NCBI GenBank assembly: GCA_041497895.1
Contig: JBGQHJ010000030.1
Span: 1 to 37,921, forward strand
Length of the DNA: 37,921 bases
Direction of reading: 5' to 3'
DNA from: Candidatus Methylomirabilia bacterium
GTDB lineage: Bacteria > Methylomirabilota > Methylomirabilia > Rokubacteriales > CSP1-6
Shown here in pieces: positions 16,013 through 26,626 of the stretch; the first letter of the stretch is position 1, and every line of letters begins with the position of its first letter. A model generated the notes under the pieces. It was not told where the DNA came from and ran no database searches. It was given only the letters and a program-made list of their open reading frames with translations. Made by a program: the position numbers and the translations under genes.

Positions 16013-17499
16013 GCGCGCCCCCGGCCGACATCTGCCTGATCCTCGAGGGGACCTACCCGTACGTGACCGGCGGGGTGTCGGCGTGGATCCACCAGCTGGT
16101 CTCCGCGCTCCCCGAGCTGCGCTTCGCGATCTTCCACATCTCGGCGACCCTCGGGGAGACGCACGAGCCGCGCTACCGGATGCCGCCCAACGTGGTGAGC
16201 CTGGTGGACGTGGGCATCCACGGGGGCGACGAGCCGGCGCTCAAGGGCGAGGTGACGGAGGCTACGGCCTGGGAGACGATCTGGCGCTACCACGAGGAGC
16301 TCAAGGACGGCCGCGCCGACGGCCTCGGCGAGCTGCTGCGCCTGGTCTCCCCGCACGCGGGCGCGGGCCCCTCGGTCCACGACTTCATCTACGGCAAGCC
16401 CTCGTGGGAGATCGTGCGGCGGCTGTACGAGTCGCGGGCCCCCGACATCTCGTTCCTCGACTACTTCTGGACGTGGCGCTTCACCCACCTCCCGATGTTC
16501 CGGCTGCTGCACGCCTCGGTGCCGGAGGCCGCGGTCTACCACACCGTGTCCACCGGCTGGGCCGGGTTCGTGGCCGCGACCCAGCGCCTGCGCCGCGGCC
16601 GGCCGATGCTCCTCACCGAGCACGGCATCTACTCGCGCGAGCGGCGGATGGAGATCGACCAGGCCGAGTGGATCTACGTGCAGCGGCAGGCGCCGATGAC
16701 GCTCTCGTCGGGGCCGGGGTTCTTCAAGGAGCTGTGGGCGCGGCTCTTCGAGCGGCTCTCGCGGATCACCTACGCCCACGCCGACCGCATCGTGACCATC
16801 TTCGAGGGCAACCGGCAGGCCCAGATCCGCGACGGGGCCGATCCGGCCAAGACCCTGGTCGTGCCCAACGGCCTCGACGTCGAGCCGCTCGCTGCGCTGC
16901 CGCGGGTGGAGGCGTCGCCGGGCGAGTTTCGCATCGGCTTCGTCGGGCGCGTGGTGCCCATCAAGGACGTGAAGACCTTCATCCGCGCGGTGAAGATCGT
17001 GGTCGGCGCGCTGCCGGGGGCGCGGGCGGTCATCGCGGGGCCGGGCGACGAGGACCCCGAGTACCTCGCGGAGTGTCAGGCCCTCGCGGCCACCCTGGGC
17101 GTGGCCGAGCGCGTGGAGTTCACCGGGCGCGTCGACGTCAAGCAGATCTACCCTCGCATCGACGTGCTGGTGCTGACCAGCATCTCGGAGGGCCTGCCGC
17201 TCGTGATCCTGGAGGCGGCCGCCGCCGGCATCCCGGTGGTCTCCACCGAGGTGGGCGCCTGCCGCGAGCTGCTCGAGGGGCGGCTCCCCGCGGACCGGGC
17301 GCTCGGCGCCAGCGGTCTCGTGACCGGCCTCGCGGACCCGGCCGCGACCGCGCGGGCCATCCTCGGCCTGGCCCGCGACCCCGGGCTGCGCGAGGAGATG
17401 GGCCGCGCCGCGCGGGCGCGGGTGCGCGCGCACTACCAGGAAGCGGACCTGATCCGTCGCTACCGGGAGATCTACCGCGACCTCCTGGGCGCGGGCTGA
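16009..17499 (+). CDS. pelF: PelF GT4 glycosyltransferase
   Basis: GTGA overlap; DICLILEGTYPYVTGGVSAW, HTVSTGWAG, LLTEHGIYSRER, GRVVPIKDVKTFI, LTSISEGLPLVILEA. Confidence 0.96.
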   Translation: MSAPPADICLILEGTYPYVTGGVSAWIHQLVSALPELRFAIFHISATLGETHEPRYRMPPNVVSLVDVGIHGGDEPALKGEVTEATAWETIWRYHEELKDGRADGLGELLRLVSPHAGAGPSVHDFIYGKPSWEIVRRLYESRAPDISFLDYFWTWRFTHLPMFRLLHASVPEAAVYHTVSTGWAGFVAATQRLRRGRPMLLTEHGIYSRERRMEIDQAEWIYVQRQAPMTLSSGPGFFKELWARLFERLSRITYAHADRIVTIFEGNRQAQIRDGADPAKTLVVPNGLDVEPLAALPRVEASPGEFRIGFVGRVVPIKDVKTFIRAVKIVVGALPGARAVIAGPGDEDPEYLAECQALAATLGVAERVEFTGRVDVKQIYPRIDVLVLTSISEGLPLVILEAAAAGIPVVSTEVGACRELLEGRLPADRALGASGLVTGLADPAATARAILGLARDPGLREEMGRAARARVRAHYQEADLIRRYREIYRDLLGAG

Positions 17500-17511
17500 G
17501 GCGCGCCCCGG

Positions 17512-18927
17512 ATGGCCGGGATCGGGTTCCGGCTCAAGCGGCTCATCGTCGAGGACACCTACAGCGGCTGGCTCCGCGCCCACCTCTACGGGGCGGTGCT
17601 CTCCGCCGGCCCCTGGCTGCTCTCGATCTGCACGCTCGGGACCCTGGCCCTGCTCTCGCGTAACCTGATCGGTGACGTCGCGCACGCGCGCTTCCAGGTC
17701 ATCGTCGTCTACACCTACACGTTCTCGCTGATCACCACCGGCGCCGCCCACATGGTGGTGACGCGGCAGCTCGCGGACGAGCTCTACCTGGGCCGGATCG
17801 GGGCGCTGGTGGTCTCGTACCGGATCACGGTGGCCGCGACCGCGCTCGTCCACCTGGCGCTCGGCGCGCTGGTCTATTCGCTCGCGCCCGGCCTCGAGCC
17901 CGCGCTGCGGCTCTTCGGCACCATGCTGCTGGTGGTGGTCTCGTGCACCTGGATGGTGATGATCTACCTGGGCGCGGCGCAGGACTACGCGAGCGTGGTG
18001 GGCGCGTTCTTCGCGGGGAACGCGGCGAGCCTGCTCGGGGCGCTGGCACTCGGGCGCTCCCTGGGCGCGGGCGGCTACCTGGCCGGGTTCCTCGTGGGGC
18101 AGGCGGGCATCCTGTTCGTCCTGTGCGCCCGTGTGGAGCGCGAGTTCAACCTGGTGCGCGTGCCGGAGTCGGTCGACCTCACGCGCGCGTTCGTCCGCTA
18201 TCCGGAGCTGATCGCGGCGGGCCTCCTCTACAACGCGGCCATCGCGGTGGACCGCGTGGTGTTCTGGGCCGGGCCCACCGGGCATCCCATCGTGGGCTGG
18301 TTTCGCGCCTCGCTGTACGACAGCCCGATCTTCCTGTGCTACCTTTCGGTGGTGCCGTCGCTCGCGATCTTCCTGGTCAGCGTGGAGACGGACTTCTACG
18401 ACCGCTATCGCGAGTACTACGGCGTCGCCACCAAGCACGGCACCCTGCGCCAGGTGCTCGAGGCCAAGCGGGCCATGACCGCGTGCCTGCGCGACAGCCT
18501 GCGCCGACTCCTGGTGGCCCAGGCCCCGGTGACGCTCCTGCTGATGGCGCTGGCGCCGTGGATCGCGGCCGGGCTCGGCCTCGACCGCCTCCAGGTGGTG
18601 ATCCTCCGCTGCGGGCTGGTGGGCGCGGTGCTACACGCGCTCTGCCTGTTCGGGGGGATCGTGCTTCTCTACTTCGACCGGCGCCGCGCCGCCGCCGAGG
18701 TGGCCGCGGTCTTCCTGGTGGCCAACGGCGCGCTCACCGCCCTCACCCTGCTCGTGGGCCCGCGCGCGTACGGCCTCGGCTACCCGCTGGCCGCGCTCCT
18801 CGGCTGCGCCTGGGCCTACCGGCGCCTGGAAGAGACCCTGGCGGATCTCGAGTACCTGACCTTCGCCGCCCAGCCCATGATGCCCGAGGCGCCGGCCGTC
18901 GAGTCGAGCCACCCCGCGTCCGCCTGA
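17512..18927 (+). CDS. pelG: PelG Pel exporter
   Basis: MAGIGFRLKRL N-terminus; SAGPWL; YDSPIFLCYLSVVPSLAIFLVSVETDFYDRYREYY; LLYFD; LEYLTF; about 12 TMs. Confidence 0.96.
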   Translation: MAGIGFRLKRLIVEDTYSGWLRAHLYGAVLSAGPWLLSICTLGTLALLSRNLIGDVAHARFQVIVVYTYTFSLITTGAAHMVVTRQLADELYLGRIGALVVSYRITVAATALVHLALGALVYSLAPGLEPALRLFGTMLLVVVSCTWMVMIYLGAAQDYASVVGAFFAGNAASLLGALALGRSLGAGGYLAGFLVGQAGILFVLCARVEREFNLVRVPESVDLTRAFVRYPELIAAGLLYNAAIAVDRVVFWAGPTGHPIVGWFRASLYDSPIFLCYLSVVPSLAIFLVSVETDFYDRYREYYGVATKHGTLRQVLEAKRAMTACLRDSLRRLLVAQAPVTLLLMALAPWIAAGLGLDRLQVVILRCGLVGAVLHALCLFGGIVLLYFDRRRAAAEVAAVFLVANGALTALTLLVGPRAYGLGYPLAALLGCAWAYRRLEETLADLEYLTFAAQPMMPEAPAVESSHPASA

Positions 18928-20597
18928 TGGGGCAGCGCTCGGCCGGGGAGGCCGCGCTGGTGGCGGCGCTGCTGACCCTGCTCGCGGTCGCCGTCGTCTA
19001 CCCGCTGCTCCAGGTGCTCTCGGTGGCCTTCCTCGACGGGGGCTGGCCCACGTTCCGCCCGCTGCTCGCGTTCTTCGCCCGCCCGCTCTTCCGCGAGGCG
19101 CTCGTCAACACGCTGCTGGCCGGCGCGCTGGCGGTGCTGATCGGCAGCGTCATCGCGGTGCCGCTCGCGGTCCTCACCGTCCGCTACCGCTTCCCGGGCC
19201 GCACGCTGATCGGCGTGCTCGGGGTCCTGCCCCTCGTGGTTCCACCCTTCGTGGGCGCGGTCGCGTTCCAGCAGATCCTGGGACGGAGCGGTACCGTGAA
19301 CCTGCTCCTGCTCGAGCACGCGGGCGTGACGGTGCCGTTCATGGAGGGCCTGCCGGGCGTGGTGCTGGTGCAGAGCCTCCACTACTTCCCGTTCATCCTG
19401 CTCAACACCGCGGCCGCGCTCGCCGGGCTCGACCGCTCGCTCGAGGAGGCGGCCCAGAATCTCGGCAGCTCGGGCCTGCGGCTCTACCGCCGGGTACTGC
19501 TGCCGCTCGCCCTGCCCGGCTACGCGGCGGGCGCGCTGCTCACCTTCATCCGGGTGATCGACGACCTCGGTACGCCGCTGATGCTCAATTACACCCGGCT
19601 ACTCGCGCCCCAGGCCTACGTCCGGGTGACCACCATCGGGCTCACCGACGTCGACGGCTACGTGATCTGCGTGATCCTGGTGGCGCTCTCGCTCGGAGCG
19701 CTCTGGCTGTCGAAGGCGGTGCTGGCCCGTGGCGAGTACGCGGCCCTCGGGCGGGGCGGGGAGGCCCCGCCGGTCCCCCTCGGCGCGCGCGGCACCACGC
19801 TGGCCTGGCTCCTCGCCGCGCTGCTGCTGGGCCCGGCGCTCCTGCCCCACGCGGGCGTGCTGCTGCTGTCGGTCTCGCGGGTGTGGAGCCTCTCGCCGCT
19901 GCCGACCGTGTACACCCTCGGCAACTACGAGGAGGTCCTCGTCCGCTCCCCGCAGTTCATCGTCAACACCCTGCGCTACGCGGGTCTCGCCGCGCTGGCC
20001 GACGTGGCCCTGGGCGCGGTGATCGCCTGGCTGCTGCTCCGCGGCCGGGTCTCCGGCCGGGGGTGGCTCGACACGATCGCCACCATCCCGCTCGCCGTCC
20101 CCGGGGTGGTGATCGCCATCGGCTTCCTCCGCGCGTTCGGCGGCTTCGTGGTGCCCGGGCTCGGCGACCCGCTCACCTCGACGTGGCTCGTGCTCGTCAT
20201 CGTGTACGCGGTGCGGCGGCTGCCGTACGCGGTGCGCGGGGCCTACGCGGCGCTCCAGCAGCTGCCGCCGGCCCTCGAGGAGGCGGCCCAGAGCCTGGGG
20301 GCGAGCCGCCCGCGGACCTTCAAGCGGATCACCCTGCCGTTGATCGCGCGGGGGCTCCTGGCGGGGGGACTGCTCGCGTTCATCGGCTCGGCGGTGGATC
20401 TCTCGTCGACCATCTTGCTGGTGCCGCGGGTCGAGCTGGGCCCGCTCTCCTACGGCGTCTACCTCTACATGCAGTCGGCGGTGGGGCGCGGTCCGGGCGC
20501 GGCGCTCGGCGTCGTCGCGATCGTGCTGGTGGCCGCGGGCACCTGGGCGGCGACGGCGCTCGCGCGGCGCTCCGGGGTCGCGCTGTTCCGGAGCTGA
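18927..20597 (+). CDS. ABC transporter permease, FbpB/ThiP-type (two fused membrane domains)
   Basis: TGATG overlap with pelG; two EAA loops (LEEAAQNLG, LEEAAQSLG); PLVVPPFVGA; DDLGTP. Confidence 0.9.
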   Translation: MGQRSAGEAALVAALLTLLAVAVVYPLLQVLSVAFLDGGWPTFRPLLAFFARPLFREALVNTLLAGALAVLIGSVIAVPLAVLTVRYRFPGRTLIGVLGVLPLVVPPFVGAVAFQQILGRSGTVNLLLLEHAGVTVPFMEGLPGVVLVQSLHYFPFILLNTAAALAGLDRSLEEAAQNLGSSGLRLYRRVLLPLALPGYAAGALLTFIRVIDDLGTPLMLNYTRLLAPQAYVRVTTIGLTDVDGYVICVILVALSLGALWLSKAVLARGEYAALGRGGEAPPVPLGARGTTLAWLLAALLLGPALLPHAGVLLLSVSRVWSLSPLPTVYTLGNYEEVLVRSPQFIVNTLRYAGLAALADVALGAVIAWLLLRGRVSGRGWLDTIATIPLAVPGVVIAIGFLRAFGGFVVPGLGDPLTSTWLVLVIVYAVRRLPYAVRGAYAALQQLPPALEEAAQSLGASRPRTFKRITLPLIARGLLAGGLLAFIGSAVDLSSTILLVPRVELGPLSYGVYLYMQSAVGRGPGAALGVVAIVLVAAGTWAATALARRSGVALFRS

Positions 20598-20602
20598 CCC
20601 CG

Positions 20603-21774
20603 ATGGCGACGCGGACGCGCGCGGAGTGGGTGCTGCCGGCCTCGATGCTGATCGGCACCTTCGCGTGGTCGTTCGTCTACGTGAGCCTGCCGTTTCACAT
20701 CCAGAGGATGTCGACGCTCGACCCGGCGGCGACCCTGCGCTGGACCGGGTGGATCCTCGGCATCAGCCCGCTGATCACCGTCATCACCGCGCCGATCTCG
20801 GGCCGGCTCGGCGAGCACATCGATCCCAAGCGGGGCTTCATCGCGGTGCAGGCGTTCCAGGGGCTCGGCTTTCTCGGCATGGCCCTGGCCCGCTCCCTCC
20901 CCGAGATGCTCTTCGCGCGCATGCTGCTCGGCCTCATGGGCGCGGTCTCCACCTTCGCGTTCATCATGGTGGGGCGCTCGGGCGGCGACGTGCGACGCCA
21001 GGTCTCGTACATCCAGTCCGGCATGACCCTCGGCCAGGTGCTGGGGCCGGCGGCCGGTGCGCTGGTGGCGGCGCGGGTGGGCTTCCGGCTCTCCTTCATC
21101 GTGGGCGCGTTCATGCTCTGGGGCTGCTCGGCGCTCGTGTCGTGGGGCGTGCCCGCGGGCCAGCCGCGCGACGCGGCGACCGCGGGGACGCGCACCACGT
21201 CGCTGCGCGAGCTGGTGACGGTCTCGCTGGTGGTGCTCGCGGGCTCCACCCAGGTCTTCTTCCTCACCTCGATCCTGCCCCAGATCCTCCCGCCGCTCGG
21301 CGTCCCGCTCGAGTCCACCCTGGAGGTCGGCGGCCTCCTGATCTTCGTCACCGGCATCGCGGCCTCGCTCGGCGCGATGGCGGCGCCGCGCCTGGCCGAC
21401 CTCATGGGCGATCGCCGCGCGGTGCTATGGTTCCTGCTCGGCTCCTCGCTCTTCCTGGCCGCGCTCGGCGCGGCCGGCCACGTGTGGAGCTTCGGGACGC
21501 TGCGCTTCCTGCAGGTGCTCTGCATCGCGCCGGTGTTCCCGCTCTCGGTGGCGGCCATCGCGCAGCGGGCCTCCGGGGAGGCGATCGGATTCGTCAACTC
21601 GGCGCGGATCGGGGCCGCCTTCGTCGGGCCGGTGCTGGCGACGACGCTGCTGTCGTCGATGCCGCCCGCCGCGGTGTACCTCGTGCTGGCCGCGCTCGGC
21701 CTGGCCGTCGTGCCGCTCGTGGCGCGCATGGATCGGCGGTCGCGGCGCCGGATGCCCGGAGGAGGGGAGGTCTC

Positions 21775-21778
<4 letters not shown>
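20603..21778 (+). CDS. MFS transporter (DHA1-like)
   Basis: About 12 hydrophobic helices; motif-A-like GRLGEHIDPK and PRLADLMGDR; GQVLGPAAG. Confidence 0.85.
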
Positions 21779-22878
<1,100 letters not shown>

Positions 22879-22880
22879 CA

Positions 22881-22889
22881 TGCTATCTT
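22881..22889 (+). promoter_or_regulatory. Extended -10 element upstream of the rhodanese gene
   Basis: TGcTATCTT followed by a GGGAG SD and ATG 22909. Confidence 0.45.
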
Positions 22890-22908
22890 CGCCCCGGGAG
22901 ACCCCGCG

Positions 22909-23223
22909 ATGACCGACATCAGCCCCCAGGAGCTGAAGGCGCGGCTCGATCGCCACGACTCGCTCGTGCTGCTGGACGTTCGCGAGGACTGGGAGACCGC
23001 GCTCTGCCGGCTCGAGAACGCCACCCACATTCCGATCGAGGAGATCGAGTTCCGCACCGCGGAGCTGGACCCGTCCGAGGAGATCGTCGTGTACTGCCAT
23101 CACGGGGTGCGCAGCGCCGCGGTCGCCAACTTCCTCCGCCAGCAGGGCTTCAAGGCGGTCAACCTGCAGGGCGGCGTCGACCAGTGGGCGCGGGCCATCG
23201 ATCCCAGGATGAAGCGGTACTGA
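22909..23223 (+). CDS. Single-domain rhodanese/sulfurtransferase
   Basis: LLDVREDWE, active-site loop VYCHHGVRS, NLQGGVDQW. Confidence 0.93.
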   Translation: MTDISPQELKARLDRHDSLVLLDVREDWETALCRLENATHIPIEEIEFRTAELDPSEEIVVYCHHGVRSAAVANFLRQQGFKAVNLQGGVDQWARAIDPRMKRY

Positions 23224-23990
23224 TGGTGGACTTCGTCCGCGTCGAGCGCGAGGGCGCGTGCGCCTGGGTCACCCTCGACCGGCCGCCGCTCAACCTGATC
23301 GTGCCCGAGATGGTGGAGGGGATCCGGAGCACGTTCGAGTCCTTGCGGAGGGACCCTGGCGTGCGCGCGGCGGTGATCACCGGGGCTGGACGCGCGACCA
23401 CCGCCGGCATGCAGCTCCAGGTCCTGCGCGATCTCACCCCGGCGGGGGCGAAGGCCTTCATCGCCAGCCTGCACGAGGCGATCGCGCTGGTGCACGACGC
23501 GCCGTTCCCCACCGTGTGCATGGTGAACGGGGCCTGCCTCGGCGCCGGCTTCGAGCTGGCGCTGGCGTGCGACCTGCGCACCGCCGCCACCGAGGCCATC
23601 CTGGGCCTGCCCGAGATCCGCGTCGGCATCCCGTCGGTGATCGAGGCCGCGCTGCTGCCCGGCTTCGTGGGCCCGGGCCGCGCGGCCGAGATCCTGCTGA
23701 CCGGCGAGAGCGTCAGCGCGCGCCAGGCGCTCGACTGGGGCCTGGTCAACCGGGTGACCCCGGCCGCGGAGCTGCGCGCGGTCACCGCGGAGCTGGTCGG
23801 TCGCATCCTCGACTGCGCGCCCACCGCGGTGCGCCTGCAGAAGGAGCTGATCGTCCGGTGGCGCAACACCGACCAGCGGACCGCGGTCGAGTACGGGGTC
23901 AACGCCTTCGCCCAGTCGTTCGTGACCGGCGAGCCCCGGGAGGCCATGGACGCCTACCTCGGCAAGCGCAAGCCCCGCTTCGCTCCGTGA
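23223..23990 (+). CDS. Enoyl-CoA hydratase/isomerase (crotonase) family protein
   Basis: TGATG overlap; VTLDRPPLN, VNGACLGAGFELALACDLR, GLPEIRVGIP, ALDWGLVN, KRKPRF. Confidence 0.93.
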   Translation: MVDFVRVEREGACAWVTLDRPPLNLIVPEMVEGIRSTFESLRRDPGVRAAVITGAGRATTAGMQLQVLRDLTPAGAKAFIASLHEAIALVHDAPFPTVCMVNGACLGAGFELALACDLRTAATEAILGLPEIRVGIPSVIEAALLPGFVGPGRAAEILLTGESVSARQALDWGLVNRVTPAAELRAVTAELVGRILDCAPTAVRLQKELIVRWRNTDQRTAVEYGVNAFAQSFVTGEPREAMDAYLGKRKPRFAP

Positions 23991-24742
23991 TCCGTCTCGT
24001 CACCTTCGACTTCTGGGACACCCTCGTCACCGACTCGCCGGTGAACCTGCGCGCGCAGCGGACGCTCCGGATCACCGCCATCCGCTGGGCCCTGCGCGAG
24101 GCGGGCCTGGTGGTGAGCGAGGTCGAGGCGGAGGAGATCCACGAGCGCTCGGGCGTCTTGCTCACCGAGCGATTCTGGAGCGACAACCGTGACCCGAGCC
24201 GCGAGGAGCAGCTCCGCCTCGTGCTCGACACCGCCCGGCCCGGGGTGGCCGCCGCGCTCGCGCCGCCCGCCTTCGAGGCCGCGCTCGACGCCTACACCCG
24301 GCCGGTGCTGGCTCATCCGCCCGAGCTGAGCCCGAACGCGGCGCGGGCGGTACGCGAGCTGGCCGCGCGCGGGGTGATGCTCGGCATCGTCTCCAACACC
24401 GGCCGCACGCCCGGGGTGGTCCTGCGCCGCGTGCTCGAGCGGCACGGGCTCCTCGAGTACTTCGGCCCCATCACGTATTCCGATGAGGTCGGCGTCCGCA
24501 AGCCGGCGGCGGAGATCTTCCGCCTGACCCTCGCGCGCGCCGGGGTGGCGCCGGCGGAGGCCGTGCACATCGGCGACAACCCGGACGCCGACGTGGTGGG
24601 GGCGCAGGGCGTCGGGATGCGCGCCGCGCACTACACCGCGGGCTTCCGGCGGGCCGCCGCGCAGGCGGACCTGATCATCCCGGACCTCTCGATGCTGCCG
24701 GACGAGGTTTTTCGGGTTGCGTCACCTGCGGCCGGCGGGTAA
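23987..24742 (+). CDS. HAD-superfamily hydrolase (subfamily IA)
   Basis: GTGA overlap; VTFDFWDTL, GIVSNT, SDEVGVRKP, HIGDNPDADVVGA. Confidence 0.9.
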   Translation: MIRLVTFDFWDTLVTDSPVNLRAQRTLRITAIRWALREAGLVVSEVEAEEIHERSGVLLTERFWSDNRDPSREEQLRLVLDTARPGVAAALAPPAFEAALDAYTRPVLAHPPELSPNAARAVRELAARGVMLGIVSNTGRTPGVVLRRVLERHGLLEYFGPITYSDEVGVRKPAAEIFRLTLARAGVAPAEAVHIGDNPDADVVGAQGVGMRAAHYTAGFRRAAAQADLIIPDLSMLPDEVFRVASPAAGG

Positions 24743-24745
24743 CAT
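24717..24745 (+). promoter_or_regulatory. Candidate sigma70-type promoter for apt
   Basis: TTGCGT-N17-TAACAT ends 9 nt before the apt ATG, which has no SD. Confidence 0.4.
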
Positions 24746-24754
24746 CCCTGCGCC

Positions 24755-25279
24755 ATGGACCTGGCCGAGCTGCGGGCAAAGATCCGCGACATCAAGGATT
24801 TCCCCACCGAAGGCATCCTGTTCAAGGACATCACCACGCTGCTGCGCGACGGGCCCGCGTGGGCCGCGGTCATCGACCACCTGGCCGCGCGCTATCACAC
24901 CTCGCGGGTGGACCTGGTGGTGGGCGTGGAGTCGCGCGGCTTCATCTTCGGCGGGGCGCTCGCGCACCAGCTGAAGGCGGGATTCGTTCCGGTACGCAAG
25001 CGGGGCAAGCTGCCGGCGCCGACCATCGAGGAGGAGTACGAGCTCGAGTACGGCCGCGACGTGCTGGCCATCCACGAGGACGCGGTGACTCCCGGCCAGC
25101 GGGTGCTGGTGGTCGACGACCTGCTCGCGACCGGCGGCACGATGGCGGCGACACTGCGGCTCATCGATCGGTTGGGTGGCATGGTCGTGGGCACCGCGTT
25201 CCTGATCGAGCTGGCCTTCCTCAAGGGGCGCGAGCGGCTTCCCGGTCAGCGGATCGAGTCCCTGATCGTGTACGAGTAG
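24755..25279 (+). CDS. apt: Adenine phosphoribosyltransferase
   Basis: DFPTEGILFKDITTLL, GVESRGFIFG, RKRGKLP, YELEYG, PRPP motif VLVVDDLLATGGT. Confidence 0.97.
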   Translation: MDLAELRAKIRDIKDFPTEGILFKDITTLLRDGPAWAAVIDHLAARYHTSRVDLVVGVESRGFIFGGALAHQLKAGFVPVRKRGKLPAPTIEEEYELEYGRDVLAIHEDAVTPGQRVLVVDDLLATGGTMAATLRLIDRLGGMVVGTAFLIELAFLKGRERLPGQRIESLIVYE

Positions 25280-25324
25280 GCGGCCGGAAGTAGTTGTATG
25301 ATGGGGGCCGGGAGGCGCAGCGAC

Positions 25325-25672
25325 ATGATCGAGCGAGTGCTGGTCGGGGGCGTGCTGGCGGCGACGGTGGGGCTCGGGCTGCCGACGGTCGCGGCGGCGG
25401 GCGCGGGGCAAGTGCCCGCGGCGTCGTCCATCATCCTGGATCTGGCCAACCGCCCGCCGGAGTCGCGGGAGCGCGCGTTCAGCGAGGACATCAAGCGGGA
25501 CGCGCTGGCCCCGAGGCCGTCCGGGGTGGACGAGTGGGAGCCCCAGCCGGACGGCTCGATGCGCAACCGGAAGACCGGGATCAGCGTCACGGTGCGCAAC
25601 CCGTGCCCGCCGGGCGACATCGAGCACGAGTTCGCCCTGGCCGCCTACAACCGGTCGAAGTCCCGCCGCTGA
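25325..25672 (+). CDS. Small exported hypothetical protein
   Basis: GGAGG SD before ATG 25325; signal peptide MIERVLVGGVLAATVGLGLPTVAAAGAG; host-like codon usage. Confidence 0.65.
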   Translation: MIERVLVGGVLAATVGLGLPTVAAAGAGQVPAASSIILDLANRPPESRERAFSEDIKRDALAPRPSGVDEWEPQPDGSMRNRKTGISVTVRNPCPPGDIEHEFALAAYNRSKSRR

Positions 25673-25699
25673 CCGTCGCGCCGATCCCTTCCATTCGAG

Positions 25700-25732
25700 G
25701 CTGACCCCCCGGCCCGGGGCCCTGGGGTCGGC
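25700..25732 (+). other. Intergenic stem-loop
   Basis: GCTGACCCC...GGGGTCGGC forms a 9-bp stem with one G-U pair, just upstream of the CAGGAG SD of the next gene. Confidence 0.35.
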
Positions 25733-25750
25733 GCTGATCAGGAGACGGGC

Positions 25751-26608
25751 ATGACCATTCGCAACGTCGGAGTGCTGGGCTGCGGACTGATGGGGTCGGG
25801 CATCGCGCAGGTGTCGGCCCAGGCCGGATTCCCCACCGTGGTGGTCGAGGCGACCCAGGAGCTGCTCGATCGCGGGCTCGGCGGCATGCGTCGGAGCCTC
25901 GACGCCCTGGTGGCCAAGGCCAAGCTCGACGAGCGGGGCCGCGACGAGATCATGGGGCGCATCAAGGGGGTGGTCGGGCTCGAGGCCTTCCGCGATTGCG
26001 ACCTCGTGATCGAGGCCATCACCGAGAACCAGCCGCTCAAGAACGAGACCTTCGCCAAGCTCGACCGGATCTGTCCGCCGCACGCGCTGCTCGCCTCCAA
26101 CACCTCGTCGTGCAACATCACCGCGATGGCCGCCGCCACCAAGCGGCCGGCCCAGGTGCTGGGGCTGCACTTCTTCAACCCGGTGCCGCTCATGAAGCTG
26201 GTCGAGGTCGTGCAGACCATCCTCACCGACGAGAAGAGCGTGCTCGCCGCCTACGAGTGGGTGCAGGCGGTGGGCAAGGTGCCGGTGCGGGCCAAGGACT
26301 CCACCGCCTTCATCGTGAACCGCCTGCTCGTGCCCTACCTGCTCGACGCGATCCGGGTGTACGAGGGCGGGCTCGCCAGCCTGGAGGACATCGACCAGGC
26401 CATGAAGCTCGGCTGCGGCTACCCGATGGGGCCCTTCACCCTCCTCGACCTGGTCGGCCTCGACACCACCATGTTCGTGGCCGAGGTGATGTTCGACGAA
26501 TACCGCGAGCCCCGCTACGCGCCCCCGCCGCTGCTCAAGCGCATGGTGATGGCCGGGCAGCTCGGTCGGAAGAGCGGCAAGGGGTTCTACGACTACTCGA
26601 AGAAGTAG
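25751..26608 (+). CDS. hbd: 3-hydroxybutyryl-CoA / 3-hydroxyacyl-CoA dehydrogenase
   Basis: GVLGCGLMGSGIA, IEAITEN, LASNTSS, GLHFFNPVPLMKLVE, GYPMGPF, LGRKSGKGFYDY. Exact substrate not determined. Confidence 0.94.
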   Translation: MTIRNVGVLGCGLMGSGIAQVSAQAGFPTVVVEATQELLDRGLGGMRRSLDALVAKAKLDERGRDEIMGRIKGVVGLEAFRDCDLVIEAITENQPLKNETFAKLDRICPPHALLASNTSSCNITAMAAATKRPAQVLGLHFFNPVPLMKLVEVVQTILTDEKSVLAAYEWVQAVGKVPVRAKDSTAFIVNRLLVPYLLDAIRVYEGGLASLEDIDQAMKLGCGYPMGPFTLLDLVGLDTTMFVAEVMFDEYREPRYAPPPLLKRMVMAGQLGRKSGKGFYDYSKK

Positions 26609-26626
26609 CGGCAAGATCCTGGTTCC

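Noticed and set aside
5452..18927. pel cluster as a recently acquired genomic island
   Set aside because: No integrase, transposase, tRNA or flanking direct repeats, and composition looks similar to neighbouring genes by eye.
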